Part shown: positions 1 through 13,203 of the stretch, piece after piece
Numbering within the stretch: the stretch's first letter is position 1
Layout of the letters: every line of letters begins with the position of its first letter
Source of the DNA: Octopus sinensis
Lineage: Eukaryota
Length of the DNA stretch: 64,000 nucleotides
NCBI RefSeq assembly: GCF_006345805.1
Contig: NC_043000.1
Span: 152,644,001 to 152,708,000 of the forward strand
Reading direction: 5' to 3'
Notes under the pieces: model-generated
What the model was told of the DNA's origin: nothing
Database searches by the model: none
What the model saw: the letters and a program-made list of their open reading frames with translations, nothing else
Made by a program: the position numbers and the translations under genes

Positions 1-69
1 AGGTGTGTTTTTGGAGCGCTATAAATTTATGACTAATTCACTTGTTTAAAAAGTTAAAAAACAACCGTT

Positions 70-1629
70 AGTAGATATAACGTCAAAGGTAGTTTATAGA
101 AAGAGAAGGAGGAAAAAGAAAGAAATTAGCAGAAAACTAATAGTGGAGTGATATAGAGCGATAGGTGAATAGGAATAAAGCTTAAAGACATGGAAGTAGA
201 TATATTTAGTGGAAGTGAAATGTAAGAAGACAGTCAAAGGTCGAATTTTATAGAATGGTAGAAGTCACTCATAGGAACTAAAGCTATGTTTTTTCCGATG
301 TTTGCAACGATAAATGCCTTCTATAAACATGTTTACAAGAGGATTCTCTGAGAACAGGATGAAATACATTTCACTGTTACAAAGCGGACAAAAAGATTCA
401 CCTTTATCATACAGAAAAGATTTAGAGAGAATATTCCATTCCAAATCAAATTGTTTATTATGATCCTTTAGATACCAAATTGATTTACTAAGTCCAGTAT
501 TGTTGCGTTTATTGATATGTCAAAATGTAGAGTAATAATTAGATATTCTTTTGGACAACTGAGATGAAGAACTACCTATATAAAATAAGACGTCAGAACC
601 AGAAGTAATTTTACATTGATAAATAGAGTTTCTAGTCTTAGAATTACTGCTAAGGAAACGAATGCGATTGGAATCAACATCAGAAACACTAACACTGCTG
701 CTATTATTAAAAGAATGGCTAGTGTTAACAAAATCGATGTTACTATTTTCATTAAGTGGATTTGTATTTAACAACTTATTATAATGCGAAGAGAAGATTT
801 GTGAAAGATTTTTTGTGTCAGAAAACCCTATCCTCAATCGGTGTGAATTAATAATTGAATAGTACCTTGAATTTCTTGGCAAATTCTTTTCTATAGCTTC
901 TCGAAACTGATAAGCGAGGTTGGATTTGATCTGCTTACCATATGGAATTATTAACCAAACAGTTTTGCTAGGACATACCTTGTTATTAGGGTAATTATCT
1001 TTAAAAATCCTCGATGTACCTTTATAACAAAAGAAGGGTCTTAAATAATTGTTACTTCCCTTACACTGCAGAATTACTTTACTCGATTTGGTGCTGTTAT
1101 TCGAAATAAAATTAATATTGTTAATATCGTTATGACTTGATTTCATGTCCTGATTAATAGAGGTAGAATTAATGTCAATAGGGTTAATGCAGGTAAGTTT
1201 TTCTTTATAGCCTTCTTTAACTAAAGCAGAGTTATAAAATTCAGCTTTATAGTTGAAGATATCAACATTAGCAGATAATCTAGAAAGTCTTAGAGAAATA
1301 TTCCGAACTAAATTCTTTGTAATAGCCTTTAAGTGATTACTAACAGAGCTAATATATTTTTAATTAGTTGAGGGTTTGTGGTATAGGAAATAGGAATCAT
1401 TATGCAAGTTAAGGGTAATATCCAAAAAGTTGGCTTTACTTATATCATCATCAAGAACAATGCTTAAGCCCATGTTTCGAAAAACTTTAACTAAGCTATT
1501 CTTAACCCTTGGTAATTTTTGGTTAGAAGCATTTTCAAGGTAGAGTAGAAATCATCACAATATAGACCTCCTTTGATGTTTGGGAATTGGTCAGCCATCT
1601 CATAAAGGATATATATATATATATATATA

Positions 1630-1688
<59 letters not shown>

Positions 1689-3389
1689 ACCAAATCAGCG
1701 ATTTGTGCTGAATCAGAACTTCCCATCGTGACATCAAAACTGTCGGACCCACAGCTTGTTAACGCATTTAATAATAGTTTCTCTGGCGGCTAACACGACA
1801 TTAATTTCATTGTTGTATGCGAGCCAGAGTGCCTTGTTGAGTATGATTGGGTTGATAGAGGAATAGAAACTCGAAATGCCAAACTGGATAAACTTAGTGT
1901 ACTTCTTGTTATTAATAGAATTAAACCAGTCGACCACTTGGAACGAATTAGACCATAAATTAAGCTTTAATTTTTTTAACTAAGGTAGGAATATATTTAT
2001 TTAGAATATTTTTGCTAAGTACACCGATGTCAAAGCGAGAAGGACAAATAAGTCGTAAGGTTGGGTTATTAAAAAAAATTGTTTCTGATCTTTTAAAATA
2101 AAACCAGGTTGTTTAGGATCAAGGGATTCTAGTTTCGTCTGTAAGTCATATTTCTCCATAGTTTTCTTAGCCTCAAGGTTGGCTTTCTTGATTGCCCTTT
2201 TACCGGTAATCCTATAATTCTTTTCTAAGCAATTCTAGATAATAGTCCTTGGAAAGCCTGTATAGGTTTCCTGTTTTATCCAATTAAACCAGCATCCCCT
2301 CCATGCTATGAATTTCTTTGATGATATTGTGAAGATACCTCAGATGTTTATTCCTTAAGGGTGAACGGTGTAATTTCACATTCCTCACGATAGACCAGAG
2401 ATCGTCTTTAAACTGTTTCAGTCTTGGGTTAGGTGGAGGATTGTTTTTAGATTTAAACAATTTTTTGAATTTAGAAGCTGGGTCGTTAAAGGGCTGTTTA
2501 AAGTCTTTATTGTCGAAAAAAAGGCGAGCCATCAAATACGGTTAATAAAGGAGTTTGACTTAATAATGAGTTGCTTAAGGAAAACCTTCCTTTGGGGAAT
2601 GGGTATATCTTAAAGAGATCTGTTTATATCAAATAATTCCATATGTGGTAACTATTTTATTTGCAGGTTATATGGAAACCTGGTTGAAGTGTATATAAAT
2701 GTATGTGTATTTTTTCAATGTTTACAAATAACACGGAAAAAATAAATAAATAGATAACAGAGTAGCCAAAATTCACACAAGTACCAAGGATGCAACAGTC
2801 TACTTATAAAGGTAGACACTCCAGGTTTAGCTGAAATGTTTTTGTATGATATAGATAAATAAATAAATGGAGTTAAACGCAGCTGTTATTCAAATATTTT
2901 TACTACCGACATATGTTTTGAGTAAAACATTGGTATTATTCCAGAAGGAATAAAATGGTGTAAAACAATTCAATCTTCTCATCAGGGAAAGAAAGAAACC
3001 AAACACATCAATAAGACATTTTAACAGAATGTTATAACTGCATTTATGATGAAGAGAACGCTAGCAAGTTTTTTTTAAACTTTCAGTAGATATAAAGTCA
3101 AAAGTAGTTTATAGAAAGAGAAGGAGGAGAAAGAAGGAAATTAGCAGAAAACTAATAGTGGAGAGATATAGAGCGATAGGTAAATAGGAATAATGCTTAA
3201 CGGCATGGAAGTAGATATATTTAGTGGAAGTGAAATGTAAGAAGACAGTCAAAGGTCGAATTTTATAGAATAATAGAAATCACTTATAGGAACTAAAGGT
3301 ATGTTTTTTCCGATGTTTGCAACGATAAACGCGTTCAATAAACGTGTTTACAAGAGGATTCTCTGAGAACAGGATGAAGTACATTTCAT

Positions 3390-3390
<1 letters not shown>
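70..3390 (-). mobile_element. Penelope-like retroelement, Naiad-like, decayed near-full-length copy with upstream pseudo-LTR
   Basis: Broken ORF about 2642 to 265: DIPIP...; VDWFNSI...FIQFGISSFYSSI; FDVTMGSSDSAQIADLV; GLYCDD; WLIIPYGKQIKSNL; GIY-YIG IYQC...FYIGS; LSKSIWYLK...CPLC...CKH. The 3' roughly 310 bp (70-380) is directly repeated at about 3085-3390. Confidence 0.85.
1608..1686. repeat. (TA)n microsatellite inside the PLE RT coding region
   Basis: Read directly from the sequence. Confidence 0.95.
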
Positions 3391-3426
<36 letters not shown>

Positions 3427-3448
3427 TATAATAATAATAATGATGATG

Positions 3449-3496
<48 letters not shown>

Positions 3497-3593
3497 TAAT
3501 AATAATAATATTAGGGAGCATAACTCCAAACTTACAGGGAAAAATTCAATTTAGTATTAAATCAAATTTCACAATATGAATATATAAAATATG

Positions 3594-4012
3594 AATTAGA
3601 GAAAAACCACTATTATGTAATTCAAACAATGATAGACATAAACCAAATCATAAATAAAAATAAAAAATATTTTTATAAAACATATAACTAGGTTATATAC
3701 TTTTGGCAGATAACGTTAAATTTTGAATGGTGGTGCCCCAGCATGGACACAGCTCGTGAGCTGAAACTAGATAAAATGATTTAAAAAATGGTCCCAAAAA
3801 GTATAAAAAGGAATAATCAATATATATAATAAGTAATAAGTAATATATAATAAGTAATAAGTAAAAAAACTTATTATATATTGATTATTCATTTTTATAC
3901 TTTTTGTGATCTAGTTATGTTTTATAAAAATATATTTTATTTTATATTTATGATTTGGTTTATGTCTGTCATTGTTTGAATTGCATAATAGTGGGTTTTT
4001 CTCTAATTTATA
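3594..4012. repeat. AT-rich foldback (inverted repeat), interrupted on one arm
   Basis: About 3594-3691 pairs with about 3911-4008, and 3791-3833 pairs with 3869-3910. Confidence 0.7.
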
Positions 4013-4322
4013 TTATATATATATATATTATATATATATATATATATATGTAATAACAATAGTGTTTGATCTTAGTACGAGCAGGTTTGTCAGAAGAGAA
4101 ATCGATTGACATTTTCTTTCATACAATTAGATTCCTTCTTTGTACTGGGGCTGACTAGATGCAAATTGAAAGACTAACTTCCAGTGTCCCTTTACTTCGC
4201 TGCCTGAACACGAAGTATAAGTGCAATCATCTGAATAAACAAATATGTCCACTCTATCAAAACAGTCTTTCTTGCTCCTTTCTGTAATGTATGAACGAGC
4301 ATGAATATAATATCATACATTC

Positions 4323-4353
<31 letters not shown>

Positions 4354-4375
4354 TGTATGTATGTATGTATGTATT

Positions 4376-4409
<34 letters not shown>

Positions 4410-4514
4410 TATAAAGTTAATCCAAATAAGAAAACACAAAAAATACACAACAACGCGAGGACGTGGAACAAATAAAGTATTATTGGACGCTCGGGAAAGA
4501 AGGGAAGAAGGAAG

Positions 4515-4549
4515 GTTTAACGTTTCGAGCGGAGCTCTTCGTCGGAAAC
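4515..4549 (-). ncRNA. Minimal hammerhead-like motif with CCGACGA core variant
   Basis: GTTT-CCGACGA-A-GAGC(TCC)GCTC-GAAA-CG-TT-AAAC; stems I and II pair and stem III is the palindrome AACGTT. Confidence 0.5.
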
Positions 4550-5046
4550 ATAGGAGAAGGAAAGATCCAGAGAAGGGAAGACAGAGGAAAAAAAATCGCC
4601 AACGGTACACACGAGGTCACATTTTTTAAAGAGGTATTATTACCTTTATTAATGATATTAATAACGAAATAATAAGATGCCTAGCAAGTTTACACCGTTA
4701 CAGGCACAATATTTAAGCAAGTGGTATTATATACTCTACTGAATCTAAATTTAGATTATATATATATATGTGTATGTGTGTGTGTGTGTGTGTACGCACA
4801 CACATGTATGCATAATGTGTATGTGTGTGTGTGTGTATTTGACATAAACGTTTTAAAATTGATTTGAAAGCAACTACTAACATTAAATGAAAATGTTTCA
4901 ATATAGCAGCGCATTTTAAATATCTAATTAAGCAGAAATACAAGGCGACAGTACCTTCTGTAGTTTTCTGCCTTGACAGACTCTCTCGGGAGTTTTTGCT
5001 GAAAACCCAAAGTCATAAATAATTTGCGTTTTGTTGAAATAGAATA

Positions 5047-5123
<77 letters not shown>

Positions 5124-5989
5124 ACTGACATACACATATGCACATGTATACATGAAACAATGTATTGTAAATACACAAACGACCAGTAAAAAATGTATAA
5201 CTTATATTGAGGGCACAAACAGACGGAAGACTGACACAGAAGGTTCTTCATTCTTCATCAGTTATCAAATTCATACATACATACATACATACATTCAAAT
5301 GGCGGTGCCCCAGCATGGCCACAGCTTGTGAGCTGAAACTAAATAAAATAGAATAAAAATAAATAAAAAAATACATACATATATATAAGTATACACACAC
5401 ATGTATATATATGTATATAAGAACATATATATACAGATACACATATATAAAGATATACATGTATATTAATACACAGAAAAACACATATATATATGGTGAT
5501 ATATACACATACAAACAAATATGCACATTTATAACATTTATACATACATAAGCATATTAACATTTATATATGTGTAGGTGTGTGTGTGTGTGGTATAAAA
5601 ATTTAAAGAAAAATCATTGAAACAGAATATAAAAAAAGTAAATAAACTCGATGTATTAGGCTGACGCTTAGGAAAACTGGAAGAGAACTTTAACGTTTCG
5701 TACCTACGCTCTACTACGGAACGGATAGATGAGGTAAGAAAAATATAAATGATAAAGAACAAGCATATCTCTGTCAGGTGGTCACCAAATGCTGAAATGG
5801 TCGGAAGTGGAAGAGATGAGCTTAAGGTATGAGTGGCAAAGCAAACAACAGTGACCTGGCAGGTACTTGCGTGTATGAAGCTAACGTGCGTGTATGTATG
5901 TGTGCGTGTGCATATATGAGGCAAAGTGTACGCCCATACTCTGTGTGCTTATGCATGTGTATATGTGTGTATGGGTGTGTGTGTATGTG

Positions 5990-6150
5990 TGATGCTTCTT
6001 CCAGTTTCCGTCTACTAAATTCACTCACGAGGTTTTGGTCTTCTCGAGGCTATAGTAGTAAACACTTGCCCAAGGTGCCACGCAATGGGACTGAACCCGG
6101 ATCCATGTGGTCAGGAAGCAAGCTTCTTATCACACAGTCACGCCTGTGCC
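5990..6150 (-). mobile_element. tRNA-derived SINE, family A, 5' part only
   Basis: Reverse complement of the ggcgtggctgtgtggtaag...gttcagtccc...cttgggcaagtg head seen in more than 12 copies in this window. Confidence 0.85.
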
Positions 6151-6151
6151 T

Positions 6152-6306
6152 ATATGTATGTATGTATGTATGTATGTGTGTATGTATGTATGTATGTATG
6201 TATGTATGTATGTATGTATGTATGTATGTATGTATGTATGTATGTATGTATGTATGTATGTATGTATGTATGTATGTATGTATGTATGTATGTATGTATG
6301 TATGTA

Positions 6307-6339
<33 letters not shown>

Positions 6340-6398
6340 ATGTATGTATGTATGTATGTATGTATGTATGTATGTATGTATGTGTGTATATATATATT
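6152..6398. repeat. (ATGT)n microsatellite
   Basis: Read directly; source of the MYVC/HTYI pseudo-ORFs. Confidence 0.97.
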
Positions 6399-7699
6399 GT
6401 TGAATTTCGGGATGGTCAATATTTCTTTTTGTCAAATAAACACGCGCACTATATATTCGTTCTTCACTCGTTTATTACTGTTCTTATTCTAACTTATGTC
6501 CATCGTCCAGAAATCTTTCGTCACACATCTGTGACCTCTTCGGCGACACTTTCCGTCCACATATTTATTTGGCAAAAAAAAAATGACCATCTATTTCAAT
6601 ACAGGCTTTCACATCAGGAATCTTGCAACACAGTTTCATATATATATTTGTATCGATAGTTGAATATTGATTGACTGATGATATGTATAGTTAGAAAAGA
6701 AAAATTAAGTAAATAAAATAACTGATGTTAGTGAATAAATGAAAGACAAAAACAAATTTCTTACCGTTGTTTCATTCCAGTGTGAATGTGTTTTTGCTTA
6801 TGTTCTCTGGTGGTGGGCACTTGTGGATGTATAATAAAAATAAAGTAAAATAACATGGACTGTGTCTCAGATATCAACTAGTGAACGTCATGTGTGACAA
6901 ACTGGTGTTTGTTATGTTTAGAAACATTTTAAGTATAATCCCAAGCTGTTCACAAGAGACAGAATTGCAGGTGTGGTGGCTTTTCAATAAATACGTACCC
7001 ATGTATGTGTGCGCACACGCGCGTGTGCGTGCGTGTGTGCGTGTGTACGTGTGGTGTATGTGTGTTTGGTAATGTGTATATATGAAAATTTAAATATCAG
7101 CAGCTGGAGATATTCCCATTTGATCAATAGAAATAATTAAGTGGAGTGACTGGACAACGTTGATCACACATCCCAGTTCGTGTTATTATTGTTGTCGTCA
7201 TGATCATCATCATTACCATCATCGTCTATCTTTATTCAATTTGAAGGTGTGGGATTTCCTCACGCCCCCACCAACAATTTTAATGAATATTTATTTTATA
7301 ATGAGCATAACTTAATTATTTATGTATTTTTCTCTATCCAGACCTAACAAACGTTAAATAACCACAAACCCTAATTGTTTGAGTCTGCTGCTTGCATGAA
7401 ACCAGTGGTAGTCTGTATATCTTCTATCTTTTATCTTTTACATGTTTCAGTCATTGGACTGCTGCCAGGCTGGGGCATAGCCTTTAAGGGTTTAATCGAA
7501 CAAATCAACCCCAGTAATTATTGTTAAGTCTGGTACTTATACCATCGATTTTTTTGCTGAACCACTAGGTTACAGAGGCATAAACAAACCAACACCGATT
7601 TACAAATAGTGGAGGAGGACAGACACAACTTACATAATACATACATACATACATACATACATACATGCATACATACATATATACATACATAGACATACA

Positions 7700-7733
<34 letters not shown>

Positions 7734-8055
7734 CGCACGTACGTACATACAAACAAACAAACGCCTCAGCGACAATCTATATAAACTAGGGTTTTTATTA
7801 AAAAAAAAATCAACCAACTCGCGCTTTACAAAAACAATCTGTAAGTGAAACAGTAAAAATATGCAAGACTTTTCTCAAGTTTAAAATGTGACATTGTTTT
7901 TGTTATCAACATTCCAACGACAGAGCTTTGTATCTTTGTTAGAAACCAGCTTTTTTTTGGTGGGTGGGTGGGGGAAGGATTCAAATATAAATAAGGAGAG
8001 GACCAGGAATGAATACCCCAAGAGAGTAAAGATAATATGGTCATCAGAACTCTCA

Positions 8056-9190
8056 ACTTACAACAAGTCCTCACACCTACGTCTGGCCTTCTGAACTGGT
8101 CACTCTAAGAACTCAATGAGAGATGTTCGAACTCGCAAGCTGTTCAGGACACAGGAAGCTTCAACATCAATAGAGATACTGACAGGCTATACTTCTCACG
8201 CAAGAATGGTGACTGTGATCTCAAATCTGTTTTGATGCAATATGAAGCACGTATTGTGACACTGAAACAACATTCTGCAGCAGAGGAAAGCGACTAGTAA
8301 CTATGTTACCCAAGTTTGTGACCACGAAATCAATATCATAAATTAGGATCGCTAATGAACTTGAGGTAAGGTATGAAATAAGAGCAGATACAGATCTCTC
8401 TTCACTGGTAAAATCTATTGGAGTAGTTCACTAATAAGATAATACATGAGTACCTGATACGAAAAACACAAGCAACTGTAGGGACTGATCATGTCAAAAG
8501 TTTGGCTTAGAATACCGACATATTTTTAACATCCCACTTCGAAGGTCACCAGGGCGCAATTCAAGGAAAAGAGATCCCTACCAAATACCTACAATATAAA
8601 AGACAGAAAACGTTGGCAGAAAACAAATGTGGGTTGTGCTAGACTAAGACTGAAGACATCAACCTCATTAGTGCCAACTGTGAAAGAATTGCCTTCCAGA
8701 TATTATCTTCCCATGCGGGATGATGCAGTGGTCAGAAGTGTCTGGTACAGGATAACTAAAAAAAACAACAACAAAAAACTACCTATTGTCGAAGTTTACT
8801 ATATTGAGACCAAAGGGTCAAAAGAATACTGGTAGAATTTAAAAATTGAAGCAGCCTCCAAGTTAAAACACAACCGGTAAGATATTGTTGTGGGACAAAA
8901 TAGAAATGAAGTTCTCTCGTGGAAATCAGCTGCCTCTGGACATCAATACGTGAGAAAGAGGACATCTATGGCCATTGATAAGACGTTTGCAAATCCAGTC
9001 CCTAAGATACACGTTCAGCTTCATGTCTATAATTATTGGAGCAACAGGATAAATACCTACCCGTCTGGAGAAAAGTATGACTGAACTTCGAATCTTCGGG
9101 AAAGAACGTAAATCCTTTATTCATACACTGCAAATGATCACGATATCTGGGACTTAAAAAACCTGCAAAACCTTAAGCTTTAAAGGATGC
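8056..9190 (+). mobile_element. R4/Dong-like non-LTR retrotransposon fragment (RT C-terminus, CCHC, restriction-like endonuclease)
   Basis: Broken translation DVRTRKL...DRLYFSRKNG; KCGLC...EDI; SRYYLPMRDDAV; KEYW...KHNR*DIVV. Confidence 0.7.
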
Positions 9191-9251
9191 TTTCCTTCAC
9201 AACCTTGCAACCAGGCTGGTGGCCGGTCAAAATTTATTCAAAATTGAAAAG

Positions 9252-9316
<65 letters not shown>

Positions 9317-9319
9317 GCA

Positions 9320-9485
9320 CACAGAGGCTTGTTTAAGTTTCCGTCTACCGTATTCATTCACAAAACTTTGGTCGGCCCAGGACTGCAGTAGAAGACAGTT
9401 GCTAAAGGCGCTGCACAATGAGACTGAACCCAAGATCACGAAGTTAAGAAGCAAGCTTCTTATTCACAAACACTTGCCTGCGCCC
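9320..9485 (-). mobile_element. SINE family A, 5' part
   Basis: Homologous to the other family A copies. Confidence 0.8.
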
Positions 9486-9847
9486 ATGTATGTATTCTTG
9501 TGTTTTTAGGCATTGTAAAGCAGACACACCAGCGGACACATGAGTATATAATACAACATAGTTTATTCGTCATACGCGAGCTTAGTAATATGCACCATAT
9601 TTTTATTAATTGTTTTAGATGTCATTGCAGTCGCGAACAGGCACAACCACCCTCTCGGCATTCTCACTTCGACCCAGTAGAAGATTGCCAATGTGACAGA
9701 TGGTGGGAAAGAAGGTTGAACAAACAGCTGGTTCTCCTTTCCACCAAAATCGAATGAAATTCGCCGCCGGTCCAGACAACGAACTCATGTTTCATATGAT
9801 CGCGAGCTCAACGACTATACTACGCACCTTTACACACACACACGCAC

Positions 9848-9891
<44 letters not shown>

Positions 9892-10060
9892 ACACACATG
9901 AGAAGCCACACGTACGCGCGCGCGTGCGAGCATACACACACACACACACAACAAACACATATACATACATATATATATAATACAAATTAGAGATAAAACC
10001 ACTATTATGCAACTCAAACAGTAATAAACATAAACCAAAACATAAATAACAAAGAATATA

Positions 10061-10095
<35 letters not shown>

Positions 10096-10149
10096 CTAGC
10101 TGAAGGTGACCCGCTCTACGCGCGGGTAAGAGTGTGGTTGTTACTTTCT

Positions 10150-10475
10150 GTTGCTTCCTTTCAGCACGTAAAAAGCACCATCCGAACGCGGCCGATTGCA
10201 GCGCCGCCTTGACTTGCTTCTGTGCCGGTGGCACGTAAAAAGTACCAAGCGATCGTTGTCGCTGCGAGCCCCCCCTGGCACCTGTGCCGGCGGCACGAAA
10301 AAAGCACCCACTACACCCACAGAGTGGTTGGCGTTAGGAAGGTCATCCACCTGTAGAAACACTGCCAGATCAGACTGGAGCCTGGTGCAGCCTCCTGGCT
10401 TCCCAGACCCCGGTCACACTGTCCAACCCGTGCTACCACGGAAAACGGACGTTAAACAATGATGATGATGATGAT
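10150..10475 (+). mobile_element. SINE family C (RTE-type 3' end, (GAT)n tail)
   Basis: gagtggttggcgttaggaagg...gtccaacccgtgctac...ggacgttaaac(gat)n. Confidence 0.85.
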
Positions 10476-11279
10476 TCTCCGTCTTTGTTTCTCTCTCCTT
10501 TCTCTCTCACTTTCCCACTTTCCCACTCTCTTACTTTTCTTTTCTCTCGGACTCTCCCTCGCTTTCTCTTACTCTCTATCTTTATCTATCTCTCTCCCAT
10601 TTATAAACAACAGAAGATCTTGAGTAAGTTGAGAAATAAGATATTTAGAAAGATCAATCATAAATATCAGGCAGTGGCAACGGAAAAGTCTGCTTCAAGG
10701 TAGACAGCAAAACGCTAACATTTAAAAGGGACAGACGAACTTGCGAGCTGAATAAAAATAATAAAATATTGGAAACCAAAGTTTGAAGGGATAGAATCTG
10801 AGGATAGTAGAGTCACCATGGCTGGCATTTCTTAACGACGGACAGCAACGTATTGACAGTTTAACGGCTGGCGTAAAATTTTGAACTTGATGTAAAAGAA
10901 AATTCGTAAACACCAAGTTTTAAAGTGATTCTTTCTCACGACAGTAGACTCACCATGGCAAGCATTCAAAACTTCTTTATCATGGACGGCAACACATTGA
11001 CGATTAAAAGGCTGGCGCAAATTTTTTAGCTTGATGTAACAGAGAACTCCTAAACACCCGCTCCTTGAAATTTTAATCCTCTTCCTTTTCACATTTTGGT
11101 TAATATAACCCGATTTCATTCGGGTCTACTGGGACCACATTTTATAAGATGAGGAATTTTGTCCTAGAGGTGACGCCTTTCATTTGAGGAAAAAAATAGT
11201 TATCATGCAAACTTGCCAGCACTTTTAACATAGGTGTGCATATTTTCAGCTGAATCGACCGACTACGTAATGCACACAT

Positions 11280-11315
<36 letters not shown>

Positions 11316-11319
11316 CGTG

Positions 11320-11354
<35 letters not shown>

Positions 11355-11644
11355 ATGTGTGTGCACGCATTATATATACAAATGTATACAAATGAGATAT
11401 ATATCTGTATAAATTAAATTAGAGATAAAACCACTAATAGGCAAATAAACAGTGAAAAACCAAAAAGAAAAACATTAAAAAAATATAATATAGAAAATAT
11501 ATAAAATATAAAATTGAAAAATTTTAATTATTTAAATTGAAAATAAAAATTATTAAATTATATTTATAATTTGTTTAAAAATATATATAACTATGAAAAA
11601 GTATGAAAAAGTTTAATATACATAAATACAGATATATACACTTT

Positions 11645-11885
11645 GTATATATACATTATATATACATATTTATATATAGAACACACACACACACACATAC
11701 ATTATATATACATATTTATATATAGAACACACACACACACATACATTATATATACATATTTATATATAGAACACACACACACACACACATACATTATATA
11801 TACATATTTATATATAGAACACACACACATACATACATTATATATACATATTTATATATAGAACACACACACACACACACATATA
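11645..11885. repeat. Compound minisatellite, about 40-bp unit (tatatatagaa(ca)n tacattatatatacatatt), about 6 copies
   Basis: Read directly. Confidence 0.85.
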
Positions 11886-12526
11886 TAAATGAACGCAAGA
11901 ATATCTGATTCATAATATTTGTTCTCATGCTCGTGTGTTGTTGGTGACACACAGATACATAAAAGAACGCCGAACTGATGGGAAGGTAGGAAACAGAGTG
12001 AGTGAAAAAGAGAGGAAATAGCGAGAGTGACAGATACTTTAAATAACGGTAGTGGACATTATCAAAGTTATATATGAAGAGGAGTGAGAGGGTAATGGAG
12101 GAAATAGCGTGAGTGAGGAAGATGGCCCCTAGCAACCACACCTTTTAAGATAGGGATTTCTAAGGTAGCCCACGGGCATCGTCACCTCATTCTACATGTC
12201 TCTGTAAATTTTGGAGCGAATCGGACGGGATGTAGTGGCATTGAAAGCGATCCAAGCGGTAAAAACGCATTTCAGTTTTATATATAGAGATAACTTATAA
12301 CTAGATCTCAAAAAGTATAAAAATGAATGAACAATATATAAGTAAAAAAACTACGTACGTTTCATGGCTACAATTAAATTCGAATTACAATTAAGTTTAA
12401 ATTCAATTGAAATACATTCGAGTTAAAATTATAGTCGATCTTTTATTAATTGTTTTAGATATCATTGAAGTCGCGAGCAGGCATTCTCACTTTAAAATTA
12501 TAGTCAATATATATATATATATATAT

Positions 12527-12758
12527 GGGCAACTCACATAGGTAAGCTATTTCGTCATAAACACGTACCACATATGTGGTCCGTTGGCGATTTTGCTTCT
12601 TCTTTGGACGTTTCCCTTTTTCGTTTCAAACGAAAAGCCATGCTCGAAACGTTGAAAAACTCTCTCCTTTCACCAAGCGTCAAACTAATATAATTCTTTT
12701 ACACATCCATACGTTCGTCTTTTTTGCTTCGTTTTTTTCTTCATTATTTGTTTATTGA

Positions 12759-12822
<64 letters not shown>

Positions 12823-13102
12823 CATACAAACACACACACACATACATATATATATAATATATATATATATGGGCAACTCACATAGGTAAGCTATTTCGTC
12901 ATAAACACGTACCACATATGTGGTCCGTTGGCGATTTTGCTTCTTCTTTGGACGTTTCCCTTTTTCGTTTCAAACGAAAAGCCATGCTCGAAACGTTGAA
13001 AAACTCTCTCCTTTCACCAAGCGTCAAACTAATATAATTCTTTTACACATCCATACGTTCGTCTTTTTTGCTTCGTTTTTTTCTTCATTATTTGTTTATT
13101 GA

Positions 13103-13171
<69 letters not shown>

Positions 13172-13203
13172 ACACACACACATATATATATATACATACA
13201 AAC

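Noticed and set aside
2960-3000. CTGATGA on the minus strand in the Naiad 5' region (possible hammerhead)
   Set aside because: No stem II and no GAAA follow it.
6505-6560. Hammerhead-like CCGAAGA-G-GTCAC(AGATGT)GTGAC-GAAA on the minus strand
   Set aside because: Stem II is good, but the core is mutated, the cleavage position would be G and stem I pairs poorly; at best a dead remnant.
6765-6830. Possible exon with a GTAAG donor on the minus strand
   Set aside because: Weak acceptor, no recognisable protein, and no partner exons.
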